DNA of 64,000 bases from an uncultured Candidatus Saccharibacteria bacterium (GCA_964512925.1 CAZEKH010000001.1:200226-264225), one strand, 5' to 3'; counted from the stretch's first letter, positions 1-10,749 are shown. Program-made: numbers and translations. Notes: generated from the letters alone by a model not told the origin.

Positions 1-407
1 AAATTGACTCTTTTCCTACACCTGGAAGTTTGAGTCAAAGCGGGCAGAGCGTGGCAGTTTTAGGAAGCAGAGTATTTTTAGGGAGAGCCGGCGGGCTTCC
101 AGCTTCCGGTATAAAGGAATTATATGAATTTTCAACGAGCGATTTTCATAACCAAACAGCTGAAGCAGATCTCAATACTTCGGTAAAAGATATGTTTATC
201 CGAGGCGGCTACTTGTTTTTAGCCACTGGGGATGATGCGGCAGAATTAAAAATTTATACCCTCGAAAATTTAAGTTTTGTAGGATCGGCTGATTTAGTGG
301 GGGATGCGGTAGCGTTAGATTGCGAAGGAGATAAATTTTTTGTGTCCAGTTTTAAAAGTTCAGAACCAAAAAAATCTGAGCTGCAGATTTTTGGTCCGGG
401 AAATTAG
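1..407 (+). CDS. hypothetical protein, C-terminal fragment (frame open to window start)
   Basis: ORF 30..407 has no in-frame stop back to position 3; no recognisable motif. Confidence 0.3.
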   Translation, partial: IDSFPTPGSLSQSGQSVAVLGSRVFLGRAGGLPASGIKELYEFSTSDFHNQTAEADLNTSVKDMFIRGGYLFLATGDDAAELKIYTLENLSFVGSADLVGDAVALDCEGDKFFVSSFKSSEPKKSELQIFGPGN

Positions 408-722
408 CTTTTTTAGCGCTATGGTTTTGTAGGTTATTGGAAAAAGATAAAAAACAAAGACCCCCAAACTTTGAGGGCCTTTCTAAGAACGGAGACATTT
501 TTAGGGGAAAATGCCGCCTGTCCGGCTTATGTTGTCATGCGTTTTGAGCTAAAACCCCTTGCTCTAACACCCGCCGATACCTCCTTATTAGCCTCGCGCA
601 ACCGTTTACCTCCCCAGGGACAGCTACAAGGGACTTCGGAGTTCATCTGTCATTGCGCGCGCATCCTTACGGAAAGGAGCAGGGTTATATTAACATAAAT
701 ATTTTTTTTATATTTTTAACAG

Positions 723-749
723 TTATCACTTGACACCATTGAGTGATAA
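723..749. promoter_or_regulatory. CIRCE-like HrcA operator variant TTATCACTT-N9-GAGTGATAA overlapping a TTGACA(-35)/TATTAT(-10) promoter of hrcA
   Basis: 9-bp inverted repeat with 9-bp spacer 16 nt upstream of hrcA ATG; spacer contains TTGACA; compare canonical TTAGCACTC-N9-GAGTGCTAA. Confidence 0.7.
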
Positions 750-764
750 TGATATTATCAGACT

Positions 765-1520
765 ATGAGTGAAAGTGATAACCAATTAAATCCCAGGCAG
801 GCAAAGATACTGGCTGCCATAGTCAAAGAGCACTGCGATACTTGCCAGCCGGTCGGTAGTAAAGAGCTGTTTGAAAGCTACAGTTTTGGCGTGTCAGCTC
901 CGACTATACGAAACGAAATGCAGGAACTGGAAAAAATGGGTTTTTTGTCTCAGCCCCATACTTCAGCCGGACGCATCCCTACTGACAAAGGTTTTCGCTA
1001 TTTTGTAAATCAGCTGATGGACAAAGTTAAGCTGACTTTAGTAGAGCAGGATAAACTAAAAAAAGAACTGATGAAACTTCAACTTGCCCATATGGAGATG
1101 GGCAGACGTTTGACTAAAATTCTGTCCGACTCCAGCCACCAGGCATCGTTTGCTTTGTTTGAAGATGAGGTTTCTACGATGGGTCTGTCCAATATACTTT
1201 CAAACCCCGCGCTTCCGACTGAGGATGCGAAAGAAATTGCCAAATTTTTTGACAACATAGACGAGCACGCAGAAAGTATGATTGCCGAATACGGAGGCAA
1301 ACAGGCTGAAGCCAGGATCGGCAGGGAAATAGCGCTTTCGGAAAAGTCCGACTACTCAATGGTGGTTTCCGGGCTCAAACTTCCTTCAGGGAAAAAAGGC
1401 GTGATCGGCGTGGTGGGCCCGAAAAGTATGAAATATGAGAAAAATATGAGTCTTTTGGAATATATTTCCAAATTACTCAGTGGCGGGACGGCGATGTATA
1501 TACTTTTTTTAATAAAATAA
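765..1520 (+). CDS. hrcA: heat-inducible transcription repressor HrcA
   Basis: N-terminal wHTH and HrcA-like sequence (QAKILAAIVKEH..., GRIPTDKGFRYFV); precedes grpE-dnaK. Confidence 0.85.
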   Translation: MSESDNQLNPRQAKILAAIVKEHCDTCQPVGSKELFESYSFGVSAPTIRNEMQELEKMGFLSQPHTSAGRIPTDKGFRYFVNQLMDKVKLTLVEQDKLKKELMKLQLAHMEMGRRLTKILSDSSHQASFALFEDEVSTMGLSNILSNPALPTEDAKEIAKFFDNIDEHAESMIAEYGGKQAEARIGREIALSEKSDYSMVVSGLKLPSGKKGVIGVVGPKSMKYEKNMSLLEYISKLLSGGTAMYILFLIK

Positions 1521-1634
1521 ACATTTAAAATTACTAATTTACCTAAGTACGCTAATTATTCTAAATAAATCTTAAAATCCCAATTTGGGCATTATTTAGG
1601 TTAATTAGAATAATTAGGTCAATTAGCATAATTT

Positions 1635-2246
1635 ATGACTGAAGATATCAAAGACGATCAAAATTCATCTGGGCAAGTTGCTTTAGAGATGCTGCAAAAC
1701 GATTTAAATGAGGCTCTGTCGGGTTGGAAACGCACTGCTGCGGATTTTGAAAACTATAAAAGAAGAACAGCCGAGCAGCAGAAAGAGTTGGCAGAGTTTG
1801 CCCGCGAGGCTTGTGTAGCCAAGCTGCTGCCAACTTTGGACGCTTTAAGCCAGGCTTTAAGGCATTTGCCGGAAGCGGGAGATCAGGAAGCTAGCGAGTT
1901 AGAGAGTAAGAGTGTTAGAGAGTTAGAAGACCGAGGCAACGGCGAGTCAGTAGATCAGTTGACCAAGGGATCAGCTGACCGGGGATTTTGGGGAAAATAT
2001 AAGTCTTGGCAAACGGGGATTTCCGGTATATTGGTGAATCTGGATAAGGTTTTGTCAGAATTGGGGGTAAAAAAGATTGAAGCTAGGGGCAAAAAGTTTG
2101 ACCCGCACCTTCACGAGGCAGTCCGGGATATGGAAAGCGAAGAAGAAGAGGGGGTTGTGGTGGAAGAACTGCAAAGCGGTTATGAGTTAAATGGAAAACT
2201 TATACGTCCAAGCCAGGTGATTATCAGTAAAAAGAAAGATGATTGA
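1635..2246 (+). CDS. grpE: nucleotide exchange factor GrpE
   Basis: GrpE motifs (FENYKRRT..., GKKFDPHLHEAV..., LIRPSQVIISK). Confidence 0.85.
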   Translation: MTEDIKDDQNSSGQVALEMLQNDLNEALSGWKRTAADFENYKRRTAEQQKELAEFAREACVAKLLPTLDALSQALRHLPEAGDQEASELESKSVRELEDRGNGESVDQLTKGSADRGFWGKYKSWQTGISGILVNLDKVLSELGVKKIEARGKKFDPHLHEAVRDMESEEEEGVVVEELQSGYELNGKLIRPSQVIISKKKDD

Positions 2247-2266
2247 AATTACCGCGAAAATATTTT

Positions 2267-2557
2267 ATGGAAAAACCCATTGAAACCAAGCCTTTATCGG
2301 AAAGATATAATTTTGAGCATTTAAAGCAGATTGTAAAATTTATAGATGAAGGATATAAATTGGCAGGTATAAATCAATTTTCAGGAGGGCAATATACTAC
2401 GACCTTACAGATGGGCGTTAATGTTAAAGAATTTAGGCATCATATGCCACTTGATGTAATGCTTCCTGGTAAACAAGACCAACAGGATGCTCAGGATTAT
2501 AAGACTAAAATATTTAAAGAACAACTTCAAATGTTGATAAAAAATGCAGAAAAATAA
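2267..2557 (+). CDS. hypothetical small protein (AT-rich ORFan between grpE and dnaK)
   Basis: ORF track 2243..2557 uses a TTG overlapping the grpE stop; first ATG at 2267; no known motif. Confidence 0.4.
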   Translation: MEKPIETKPLSERYNFEHLKQIVKFIDEGYKLAGINQFSGGQYTTTLQMGVNVKEFRHHMPLDVMLPGKQDQQDAQDYKTKIFKEQLQMLIKNAEK

Positions 2558-2594
2558 ATTAAGTAGTACATTAATTCATTAAAGAAAGAAATTT

Positions 2595-2888
2595 ATGAAA
2601 ATCGCCGAGATGTTTGAGGTTAGAGAGATAATGGAGATGGACGATAAGGATAAAAAAATTAAGCCTTTGGATGACAATGACTGCGTAATAGAAAGCAAAT
2701 CGTTAAACAAGAACAAAATTATATTGAGAATGCTCAGAGAGTCAGATCAAAGCCAAGGCAATGTTTTTGTAAAACTAAAAGACGAGCACAAAGACCAATT
2801 TCCGGTTTCCAAAAAACTCTTAGCCAGCCAGAAAGTCATCGGCCTGACCTTGAAACAGTTTAAAGAATTTTTAACAGAAGATTTATAA
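2595..2888 (+). CDS. hypothetical small acidic/basic protein (AT-rich ORFan between grpE and dnaK)
   Basis: 97-aa ORF, no known motif, lower GC than flanking chaperone genes. Confidence 0.4.
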   Translation: MKIAEMFEVREIMEMDDKDKKIKPLDDNDCVIESKSLNKNKIILRMLRESDQSQGNVFVKLKDEHKDQFPVSKKLLASQKVIGLTLKQFKEFLTEDL

Positions 2889-3002
2889 ATATACTATTAA
2901 TGCCGATTAACAGATTGTCGGATTAAAAAGATACTTATAGCTCATTAAATCTGCAAGTATCAGAAAAATCCGCTAAATCAGTAGATCGGAATATAAAAAT
3001 AT

Positions 3003-4874
3003 ATGTCAAAAATTATTGGAATAGATTTGGGAACTTCAAATTCAGCGGCTTCCGTGATGGAAGGGCAGACCCCGGTGATCATACCGGCTGCTGAAGGGGC
3101 ATCTTTGGGTGGAAAAGCTTTTCCTTCTTATGTAGCTTTTACTAAAGAAGGTCAGTTACTCGTGGGTGAGCCGGCCAGGCGCCAGGCCGTTACCAACCCG
3201 GAAGGCACTATCTTTGAAGCTAAGAGAAAGATGGGAACCAAGGAAAAATTTACAGTCTTTGGCAAGGAATACACGCCTGAGCAGATTTCCGCCTATATTT
3301 TACAAAAAATCAAGAAAGACGCGGAAAGCTTTTTAGGCCAACCGGTGTCCAAGGCGGTCATCACCGTGCCTGCGTATTTTGACGACACCCAAAGGCAGGC
3401 GACTAAAAATGCGGGTGAAATCGCTGGACTGGAAGTGGTGCGCGTGATCAATGAGCCGACTGCCGCGGCTTTTGCTTATGGACTCGATAAAACCGGCAAA
3501 GACCAGAAAATTTTGGTTTTTGACTTAGGCGGCGGCACTTTGGATGTAACCATTATGGATTTTGGCGAGCACGACGGGCAAGCCACTTTTGAGGTTTTGT
3601 CCACTTCGGGCGACACTCAGCTGGGAGGCAAAGATATGGACAAAGCGCTGATAGATTATGTCGTGTCTGAATTTAAAGCTAAGGAAGGCGATGACCTGAC
3701 TAAAGACGCTATGGCAATGAACCGGGTTCGCCAGGAAGTGGAAAAAGCCAAGATTGAGCTTTCTACGGTTTTTGAAACCGACCTAAATATTCCCTTTATT
3801 GTTTTGCAAAAAAACTTGCTGATGAAAATCACCAGAGCCAAACTGGAAGAGCTGATCAAGCCAATAGTGGAGAGAATGAAAAAGCCAGTTGAGCAAGCTA
3901 TTGCGGATGTGTCCAAGAAAACTGGTTCTTCTTTCGGCCCTCAAAACATCGATAAAATAATTTTAATCGGCGGACCTACCAGGATGCCGATGGTTAAAAA
4001 ATTGGTAGAGGACTATATCGGCAAGCAGGTGGAAGGCGGCATAGATCCGATGGAAGCCGTAGCCAAAGGAGCGGCGGTGCAGGCCGGTATTTTAGGCGGA
4101 GATGTAACCAGCAAAGATATTTTGCTTTTGGATGTTACGCCTTTAACTTTGGGTCTGGAAACTTTAGGCGGCGTTCGTACTCCCTTGATTGAGCGAAATA
4201 CGACTATTCCTACTTCAAAATCCCAGACTTTTTCTACTGCCGCTGACAATCAGACATCCGTGGAAATACACGTTCTTCAGGGAGAACGCGAGTTTGCCGC
4301 TGACAACAAGTCATTGGGTAAATTTATTTTGGACGGTATCCCGCCTGCCCCAAGAGGCATCCCCCAGGTGGAAGTGGTGTTTGATATAGACGCAAATGGT
4401 ATACTTACTGTAAAGGCTAAAGACAAGGCCACGGGCAAGGAACAGCATATTACTATTCAAGGCTCTTCAAATTTGTCTAAGGATGAGATAGAAAAGATGA
4501 AAAAAGAAGCGGAAAGTCACGCGGCTGACGACAGAAAGCGCAAAGAGCTGGTGGAGATGAGAAACCAGGCGGATACTTTGATTTCAGTCAGTGAAAAAAC
4601 TTTAAAAGATGCCGGAGACAAAGCTCCAGCTGCCGATAAATCGGCTGTGGAAGAAAAAATCAAAAACTTGAAGGATGTTAAAGATAAGGAAGACGGAGCT
4701 GCAATTAAAAAAGCTATGGATGAACTGTCGGAAGCTGTGCAAAAAGTCGGCGCCGCAATGTACCAACAGCCATCTCAGACCCCAAACCCTGAAGCTTCTC
4801 AGCCTTCAGACCAGCCAGGTAAAGCAGGCGAGGGTAAAGATCCGGTTGATGCGGATTTTAAAGAAGTTAAATAA
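3003..4874 (+). CDS. dnaK: molecular chaperone DnaK (Hsp70)
   Basis: [18 protein letters not shown], full Hsp70 ATPase plus substrate-binding domain. Confidence 0.95.
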   Translation: MSKIIGIDLGTSNSAASVMEGQTPVIIPAAEGASLGGKAFPSYVAFTKEGQLLVGEPARRQAVTNPEGTIFEAKRKMGTKEKFTVFGKEYTPEQISAYILQKIKKDAESFLGQPVSKAVITVPAYFDDTQRQATKNAGEIAGLEVVRVINEPTAAAFAYGLDKTGKDQKILVFDLGGGTLDVTIMDFGEHDGQATFEVLSTSGDTQLGGKDMDKALIDYVVSEFKAKEGDDLTKDAMAMNRVRQEVEKAKIELSTVFETDLNIPFIVLQKNLLMKITRAKLEELIKPIVERMKKPVEQAIADVSKKTGSSFGPQNIDKIILIGGPTRMPMVKKLVEDYIGKQVEGGIDPMEAVAKGAAVQAGILGGDVTSKDILLLDVTPLTLGLETLGGVRTPLIERNTTIPTSKSQTFSTAADNQTSVEIHVLQGEREFAADNKSLGKFILDGIPPAPRGIPQVEVVFDIDANGILTVKAKDKATGKEQHITIQGSSNLSKDEIEKMKKEAESHAADDRKRKELVEMRNQADTLISVSEKTLKDAGDKAPAADKSAVEEKIKNLKDVKDKEDGAAIKKAMDELSEAVQKVGAAMYQQPSQTPNPEASQPSDQPGKAGEGKDPVDADFKEVK

Positions 4875-4984
4875 ATCCAGTCTTTGCCAGAATTTTTTAG
4901 TTTAATATATAGCAGTGAGAAGATTGGGATAAAACAAAATATGCAAATCCATAAATTCCATATCAATTAAACCAAAACAAAAAT

Positions 4985-5722
4985 ATGAAAGCCATAATAG
5001 CTATCTTGGTTATATTATTTTCCGGCATATATATTTATATATATTGGCAAAGCCACCGGGATTTAAACAGCGGTTTTAACCAAACAACCAGGTTTCAAAT
5101 AGGCAAAAAGCCCTGGGCAAGAAAATTATGGGCACTGCATAATGATGGCGATGCCCGCGCCCAGTATTTACTTGGCTCTGAGCCGATGATTGTAGAAATA
5201 GTCAGACCGGACAGTATAGATTTTCACGAAGAGTTAAATACCAATTTGAGAAAAAAGCTGGGTAAAATATTAGGCCGTCCGGTTCAGACTTTCAGCGTGG
5301 ATTTTATCAAGCAGGGGAATTTAACTGAAGATGATATTGAAAATATTGTCCATACCAAGCAAAGGCATAATTTGCCAGACCAGCCGCATTTTTTTATTAT
5401 TCTGGCTGACAGTTATGAAGGTGAGGGTCTGGAGTTGGGAAAAACTTATCAAGAATTTGGGATGTTATTGTCCAATAAGCGCCTAAAAGAGGTTTCTGCG
5501 GATTTAGGGGCAACGTCCGTAGATCAATATATGGAGTCCACCATACTTCACGAGTTTGGCCATCAGATCGGACTGCCTCATAACCAAGATGAGGATTGTA
5601 TTATGAATGAAAAAGTTGCTCACGCTGACGACTCAGGTTTTTTTAGCGGAATTTATACTCCGACCGATTATTGCGCTTTAGAAGTCACGCAAATTACCCA
5701 ACTGAGGGACAGTCTTAGATAA
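4985..5722 (+). CDS. membrane-anchored metzincin-type zinc metalloprotease
   Basis: N-terminal TM helix; HEFGHQIGLPH (HExxHxxGxxH) followed by CIM Met-turn-like segment. Confidence 0.55.
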   Translation: MKAIIAILVILFSGIYIYIYWQSHRDLNSGFNQTTRFQIGKKPWARKLWALHNDGDARAQYLLGSEPMIVEIVRPDSIDFHEELNTNLRKKLGKILGRPVQTFSVDFIKQGNLTEDDIENIVHTKQRHNLPDQPHFFIILADSYEGEGLELGKTYQEFGMLLSNKRLKEVSADLGATSVDQYMESTILHEFGHQIGLPHNQDEDCIMNEKVAHADDSGFFSGIYTPTDYCALEVTQITQLRDSLR

Positions 5723-5736
5723 ACTAATTTTATTCA

Positions 5737-6024
5737 ATGACTCAAAATACTCAACAAGTGCAAATCAAAGCTGAAAACGCTGATTTTAAAGGAGCTTATG
5801 CCAATATGGTGCAAATCGCGCATACTCCCGAAGAGTTTGTATTGGATTTTTTAAGTATATTTCCCCCCCAGGGCAGTTTGGTTTCCAGGGTGATTTTGTC
5901 GCCAAGCCATACTAAAAGGATGTCCCAAGCATTGCAGGAAAATATTGCTAAGTATGAAAAAGAATTTGGGGTTATTTCTTTAGCTGTTGTTCCGGACAGT
6001 AAGATCGGCTTTAGAACAGAATAG
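5737..6024 (+). CDS. DUF3467 family protein
   Basis: ~95 aa, YANMVQIAHTPEEFVLDF...ILSPSHTKRM...QENIAKYEKEFG pattern typical of DUF3467. Confidence 0.55.
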   Translation: MTQNTQQVQIKAENADFKGAYANMVQIAHTPEEFVLDFLSIFPPQGSLVSRVILSPSHTKRMSQALQENIAKYEKEFGVISLAVVPDSKIGFRTE

Positions 6025-6104
6025 TTTTTACCACTAATCATGAATTGTCCAAATATCACTGATTAATTTTGTAATAGTTCGGGTTATTGGTGTATTTCGA
6101 AAAT

Positions 6105-7256
6105 ATGAATAATTACTACGATATTTTAGGCGTGGCCAAATCCGCTTCGCCCGAAGAGATTAAGAGGGCTTTTAGAAAAAAAGCCCACGAACACCATCCG
6201 GATAAAGGAGGGGGAGATGAGAAAAAGTTTAAGGAAGTGAACGAAGCGTATCAGGTTTTGTCTGACAAGCAAAAACGCCAACAATACGATACCTATGGTA
6301 CAACTTTTGACCAGGCCTCAAGAAACGGCCAGGGTTTTTCCGGCAATCCTTTTGGCGGGGGATTTGGAGGTTTTTCTGAAGCTAATGAATGGGATTTTAA
6401 CGCCGGGGGTTTTGGGGATCTGGGCGATATTTTTGAGGGGTTATTTGGATCCGAATCCAAGCGCGCATCAAGGCGAGCCCGCGGTATAGATTTAGAAATA
6501 TCGGTAAAGATAGATTTTAAAGAAGCGGTGTTTGGTGTAAATAAGAAAGTTGTTTTGGAAAAACTTGATGTTTGTAAAACTTGTTCGGGTTCGGGCGCCG
6601 CTGACAAGAGCAAAATTGTAACCTGCCCAAAATGCCACGGCCAAGGGCAAATCCAAACCGCCAGAAGGACTATTTTTGGTATGGTGCAAAGCCGGGCAAT
6701 GTGCGATAACTGCGAAGGAACTGGCAAAATTCCAGAAGTCGTTTGTAAGGCTTGTGGCGGAAAAGGTTCTTCAAGGCAGCAAAAAACCATAGAAGTGCAG
6801 ATTCCGGCGGGGATAGATAACGGCCAAAAAATTCGGATTTCAGGCGAAGGCGAGGCCGGATACAGAGGTTCTCAGCCGGGCGATTTGTTTTTGGTCGTTG
6901 AAGTCAGGTCGGACAAAGATTTTACCCGCGATGGTTTTGATATATATAAGGACTTGCCGTTGAGTTTTGTTCAAGCGGCTTTGGGCAGTAAAATGTTGGT
7001 TGAAACTTTAGACGGCCAGATTGAGCTTAAAGTCCCCCCTGGAACTCAGCATGGCACTGTTTTTAAGGTTAAAGAGCGGGGAGTGCCTCACTTAGGACGC
7101 GCCCAAAGGGGTAGCCTGCTGGTTACAGCCAGAATTGTTGTGCCGAAAAAATTGACCAAAGAAGAAAGGGAACTGTTAACGAATTTAGCAAAGCTGCGGG
7201 GCGAAACCGTTGAGATTGAAAACGGTTTTTGGCAATCAATAAAAAACTCGTTTTAA
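6105..7256 (+). CDS. dnaJ: molecular chaperone DnaJ
   Basis: J domain with HPD, Gly/Phe-rich linker, four CxxCxGxG zinc-finger repeats; ATG 6105 in frame with track start 6087 (TTG). Confidence 0.9.
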   Translation: MNNYYDILGVAKSASPEEIKRAFRKKAHEHHPDKGGGDEKKFKEVNEAYQVLSDKQKRQQYDTYGTTFDQASRNGQGFSGNPFGGGFGGFSEANEWDFNAGGFGDLGDIFEGLFGSESKRASRRARGIDLEISVKIDFKEAVFGVNKKVVLEKLDVCKTCSGSGAADKSKIVTCPKCHGQGQIQTARRTIFGMVQSRAMCDNCEGTGKIPEVVCKACGGKGSSRQQKTIEVQIPAGIDNGQKIRISGEGEAGYRGSQPGDLFLVVEVRSDKDFTRDGFDIYKDLPLSFVQAALGSKMLVETLDGQIELKVPPGTQHGTVFKVKERGVPHLGRAQRGSLLVTARIVVPKKLTKEERELLTNLAKLRGETVEIENGFWQSIKNSF

Positions 7257-7330
7257 GAGTGCTATAATATTTATATCTGCCGCCGGAGATGGTAAAAAGC
7301 TTAATATTATCCGGCGAGTTGTAAATTTGT

Positions 7331-7882
7331 TTGTCAATGTACCAAATACCTGCTAACATTGCAATTTCAGGTTTTTTGGCAGCCTCCTGGGATGCCCCGC
7401 TTTTGTTTTTCTGGCTCGGGGGTTCTTTGCTTTATGTTTTTTATGCCAGAAAAGGCAGAATTTTGAATGCTTTGCTGAGCATATATATCTCCAAATTATT
7501 TTTGCTAGAACTGAATTTAGGAGCTAATTTTTTGCCGGCAAGTATGCCTCCGGCGGTTTTGTTGTTACAACAGATTGTTATATTTAGTTTAATATTTTTA
7601 ATTGTCTTTTTTTTATTTTCCTCATACGGTCTAAGGCTTGGGCGCAATGCTTTTGGAGTTTTTTCCGGATTTTTTACTTCGGTTATTTTTTCTATTTTAC
7701 AAATCGGACTGCTAATTAACATAGTTCTCAGCTTGATGCCTGTAAAATTTTTGGAAAATTTTTCATCCTTAATTTTGAAAATATTTGTTGATTTTCCGGC
7801 AGGGGTTATCTGGTTGGTATTACCGCTTTTTAGTTTTGTTTTGATCAATAAGTTATTTCATAATAAAAATTATCCGGAGTAA
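7331..7882 (+). CDS. hypothetical polytopic membrane protein
   Basis: several hydrophobic helices; no motif. Confidence 0.35.
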   Translation: MSMYQIPANIAISGFLAASWDAPLLFFWLGGSLLYVFYARKGRILNALLSIYISKLFLLELNLGANFLPASMPPAVLLLQQIVIFSLIFLIVFFLFSSYGLRLGRNAFGVFSGFFTSVIFSILQIGLLINIVLSLMPVKFLENFSSLILKIFVDFPAGVIWLVLPLFSFVLINKLFHNKNYPE

Positions 7883-7904
7883 TATTCGGGGAATATAAGA
7901 ATTT

Positions 7905-8294
7905 ATGCTACACCCAGCAAAACATATAATTGGAATAGTGGATGACGATGGTTTGATTTCAGGAACTTTAAAAAACCGCTTTGAGAGCGGGGGTATGATG
8001 GTCTATACTGCTTCTGATTCCGAAGGGGCAAAAGAGATTTTAAAAAAATACAAGCCGGAAATTTTGTTGTTGGATTTGCTTTTAACTAAAGATGAGGGCA
8101 GCCAGGGAATTTTGGATTATATAAAAAGCGTTCCCGAGTTGTCTTCAATGCCTGTGTTGGTTTTAACCAACTTGGACAAGCCTGAGTTAAAAAATATGCT
8201 GCTAAGCCAGGGAGTAAGGGAATATATAGTCAAAGGAAGCCTCAGTCTGGACGACCTGTATGAAAAGGTGTTGGGATACTTGGAACCGGTTTAA
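7905..8294 (+). CDS. stand-alone response-regulator receiver (CheY-like) domain protein
   Basis: IVDDDG...LLLDLLL...VLVLTNL..K receiver signature. Confidence 0.65.
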   Translation: MLHPAKHIIGIVDDDGLISGTLKNRFESGGMMVYTASDSEGAKEILKKYKPEILLLDLLLTKDEGSQGILDYIKSVPELSSMPVLVLTNLDKPELKNMLLSQGVREYIVKGSLSLDDLYEKVLGYLEPV

Positions 8295-9277
8295 GGGTTA
8301 GACCAACTGATTCGGGAAAAAATTCCCGTCGAAATAAGGCGGGTTTTTTTAATTGGACAGTTGTGGTTCAAACAAAGCTCGCCAAATTCAATGCGGCCTG
8401 GTTTTTTCAAGCTGGCATCTTCCAGCAGGTTTTTTAAAGCTATAGCTGACGAATTGGTGGCATATCCGTTTATAATCAAAAACTTAGCTTCAGTTGAGAG
8501 AATTTTAAAACAGTCAGACAAGAGTTCGGGTAAATTTTCATTGAATTTCCAGATTTTGCCTTCCGGCGATCTGCCATAGGCGGGCGGGTCCATAATAATG
8601 CCGTCATAAGTATTTCCGCGCTTGATTTCTCTTTTAACAAATTTTACAGCATCATCTAAAATCCACCTGACAGCATCTTCGGGGAGGTTATTAAGTTTGG
8701 AATTTTCATTGGCCCAGCTTATTGCCGGTTTGGAGGCATCCACGTGGGTTACTTTACAGCCCAGTTTGGCTAAAACCATAGTAGCCCCGCCGGTATAGGC
8801 AAATAGATTTAGCACCCTCACCCTACCCTCTCCCACTGGGAGAGGGGAAGGGGAGAGGGTTGATTTTTGATCTTCAAATTTTAAATCATTTAATCTTTCG
8901 ATCATATATTCCCAATTGGCAGCCTGTTCGGCAAAAATACCGGTGTGTTTGAAGGGGGATAGTTTAAGATGAAATTTAACCGAAGTATCTCCCTCTCCCT
9001 TGAGGGGGGAGGATGGGTGGGGGTGAGAAGTTGGAAATTTTATTATCCAAGGTTCAGGGATTTTATTTTTTATTTCCCATCTGCCTTTTTCCCCTCCCAC
9101 ACCTTGCTGAAAAATTGCATCGGCTTTTGTCCATTCTGACTCAGACAGGCTTTTTTGCCATATAATCTGTGGATCTGGACGTTGTAAAATAACTTTGCCC
9201 CAACGTTCCAAACGAAAACCAGCGCCTGTGTCCAGGAGTTCAAAGTCCCAAGTTTTATTGTAAGATTCTAAAAGCAT
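8291..9277 (-). CDS. class I SAM-dependent rRNA methyltransferase, RlmI/YccW-like
   Basis: VLNLFAYTGG...VDAS...IMDPPAYGRS motifs; two in-frame palindromic-element insertions (…PLKGEGD… and …PLPVGEGR…). Confidence 0.6.
   Translation of the reverse strand: MLLESYNKTWDFELLDTGAGFRLERWGKVILQRPDPQIIWQKSLSESEWTKADAIFQQGVGGEKGRWEIKNKIPEPWIIKFPTSHPHPSSPLKGEGDTSVKFHLKLSPFKHTGIFAEQAANWEYMIERLNDLKFEDQKSTLSPSPLPVGEGRVRVLNLFAYTGGATMVLAKLGCKVTHVDASKPAISWANENSKLNNLPEDAVRWILDDAVKFVKREIKRGNTYDGIIMDPPAYGRSPEGKIWKFNENLPELLSDCFKILSTEAKFLIINGYATNSSAIALKNLLEDASLKKPGRIEFGELCLNHNCPIKKTRLISTGIFSRISWSNP
8813..8862. repeat. Family-A nested GC-rich palindromic element (core CCTCTCCC-loop-GGGAGAGG)
   Basis: in frame inside the rlmI-like CDS. 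Confidence 0.7.
8988..9030. repeat. Family-A element
   Basis: second copy in the rlmI-like CDS (TCTCCCTCTCCC TTGA GGGGGGAGG…). Confidence 0.65.
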
Positions 9278-9361
9278 ATAAATAAAACTTATAACCGGTA
9301 ATTTTTAACCTGTAACATAAAGTTACTTGTTATCTATTATAAGTTATAAGTTTATTAAAAA

Positions 9362-9760
9362 CTATTTTGCTACGATGTCGCCCAGGTTAAAGCTGTCAAT
9401 TGTGCCCTGATAAGTTACTTTAACTTCTTTGCCCAATAAGCTTGAAAAATCCCGGCTAGTTTTGATGTAAATAGTATGGGCTGAAGTTTGAAGCTTGTAG
9501 TTGCCTTTGCTTATGTTGTCTGAAGCTGTCAGTGTTCCTTCCCAAATCGCGGCAGCTGACTCACCCGGTTGGATTTTGGCCGGGTTTGATGATTTGCCGG
9601 AATTGGCGCTTTCGCCGGCATTTTCATTTTCCGCATCTTTTTGTATAACCGAACTGTTGTCAGTGCCGGTTATTTCAGAGTTATTTTTTCCGTATTGCCA
9701 GGCTGCAATAAGGAGCAAAATCAATGCCCCTATTATGAGGTAATTTTTGTTATTTTTCAT
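9362..9760 (-). CDS. hypothetical secreted/membrane-anchored protein
   Basis: N-terminal hydrophobic signal/anchor; no other motif. Confidence 0.35.
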   Translation of the reverse strand: MKNNKNYLIIGALILLLIAAWQYGKNNSEITGTDNSSVIQKDAENENAGESANSGKSSNPAKIQPGESAAAIWEGTLTASDNISKGNYKLQTSAHTIYIKTSRDFSSLLGKEVKVTYQGTIDSFNLGDIVAK

Positions 9761-9986
9761 AGGATTTAGTTAATATTCTCTCAATAGTTTAAAGGATTTA
9801 CGAAATTTGTCAAAAATAATTTTTGGATCTTAAAGTTTATTAGTTACTATTAATTATTAAGACAAAAGTCCTACTTCGCTAAAGCTATGTAGGACACTTC
9901 TTTATGTATATGTAATTTTACAACTTCTCCGACAATGTATGATTATGCAAGATTAGTGTCTGCGCTTCGTAGCCTTGGCGAAGAAG

Positions 9987-10062
9987 TGGTGGGATGGGAG
10001 GGGATCGAACCCTCGACAAACGGCTTAAAAGGCCGCTGCTCTACCGACTGAGCTACCATCCC
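9987..10062 (-). tRNA. tRNA-Lys (anticodon UUU)
   Basis: reverse complement gives GGGATGG acceptor stem, D-arm GCTCAGTCGGTAGAGC, anticodon loop CTTTTAA, GTTCGATCC T-loop, encoded CCA. Confidence 0.85.
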
Positions 10063-10173
10063 AGATTTGACTATCTTGCATATCTTACAACATTCCTGGT
10101 TTTTTTTCAATATCCACACTGAAGTTATTTTTTATGGTATAATGATATAAATTCAAAATCATTAGAAACCAAA

Positions 10174-10698
10174 ATGTATTTATCCAAAATAAAGACTTTT
10201 TCCAGGAAGCAAAATCATGGGTTTACTTTAATTGAACTTCTGGTAGTAGTGGCAATTATTGCCCTTTTGTCATCAGTGGCTTTGATTGCTTTCATATCCG
10301 CCAGGCAGAAATCCAGAGATGTAAAAAGGCTGTCCGATATGACGCAAATGAATACGGCGCTTGAACTTTTTTATTCCGCCAATAAAGGTTATCCCGCTGG
10401 GATAGGAGGTATACCCCAGGGGATGACTCCAACTGCAGTGGGAATCATTCCCACAGCTCCCATAACTCCTGACGGGATATGCGACGGACTTACGCACTCT
10501 GCGGATAGCTGTGTGATGGGCGATGCGGCTTGTAACGGCGTGCCGCAAAATACTTACTATTATGTGGCTACGGGCACAATGTATAACTTAGGCGGGCCGG
10601 ATTTGTACCCGGATTATAATTACTTTTTTTGCTTGGGTAAAAATACTGCAAATTTTGAAGCAGGACCCAGGATCATAACGCCAAAAGGCATACGATAA
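10174..10698 (+). CDS. type IV pilin-like protein with prepilin N-terminal cleavage/methylation domain
   Basis: leader then G/FTLIELLVVVAIIALL class III signal; Cys-rich C-terminal part. Confidence 0.7.
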   Translation: MYLSKIKTFSRKQNHGFTLIELLVVVAIIALLSSVALIAFISARQKSRDVKRLSDMTQMNTALELFYSANKGYPAGIGGIPQGMTPTAVGIIPTAPITPDGICDGLTHSADSCVMGDAACNGVPQNTYYYVATGTMYNLGGPDLYPDYNYFFCLGKNTANFEAGPRIITPKGIR

Positions 10699-10749
10699 TT
10701 TTTAAAAGGAATGCTTGGCAAAACCAAACATTCCTTTTAAAATGCCTAT

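Noticed and set aside
471-698. 75-aa ORF in the hrcA upstream spacer
   Set aside because: No SD; implausible composition; it lies in a region more likely to be non-coding RNA or spacer.
2881-3002. Searched for a CIRCE operator directly upstream of dnaK
   Set aside because: Only a short CCGA…TCGG inverted repeat is present, with no TTAGCACTC-like half-sites; dnaK is probably transcribed from the hrcA promoter.
6293-6790. 165-aa antisense ORF within dnaJ, and small ORFs 6295..6489 and 6492..6689
   Set aside because: Embedded in the dnaJ Gly/Phe-rich and zinc-finger coding region.
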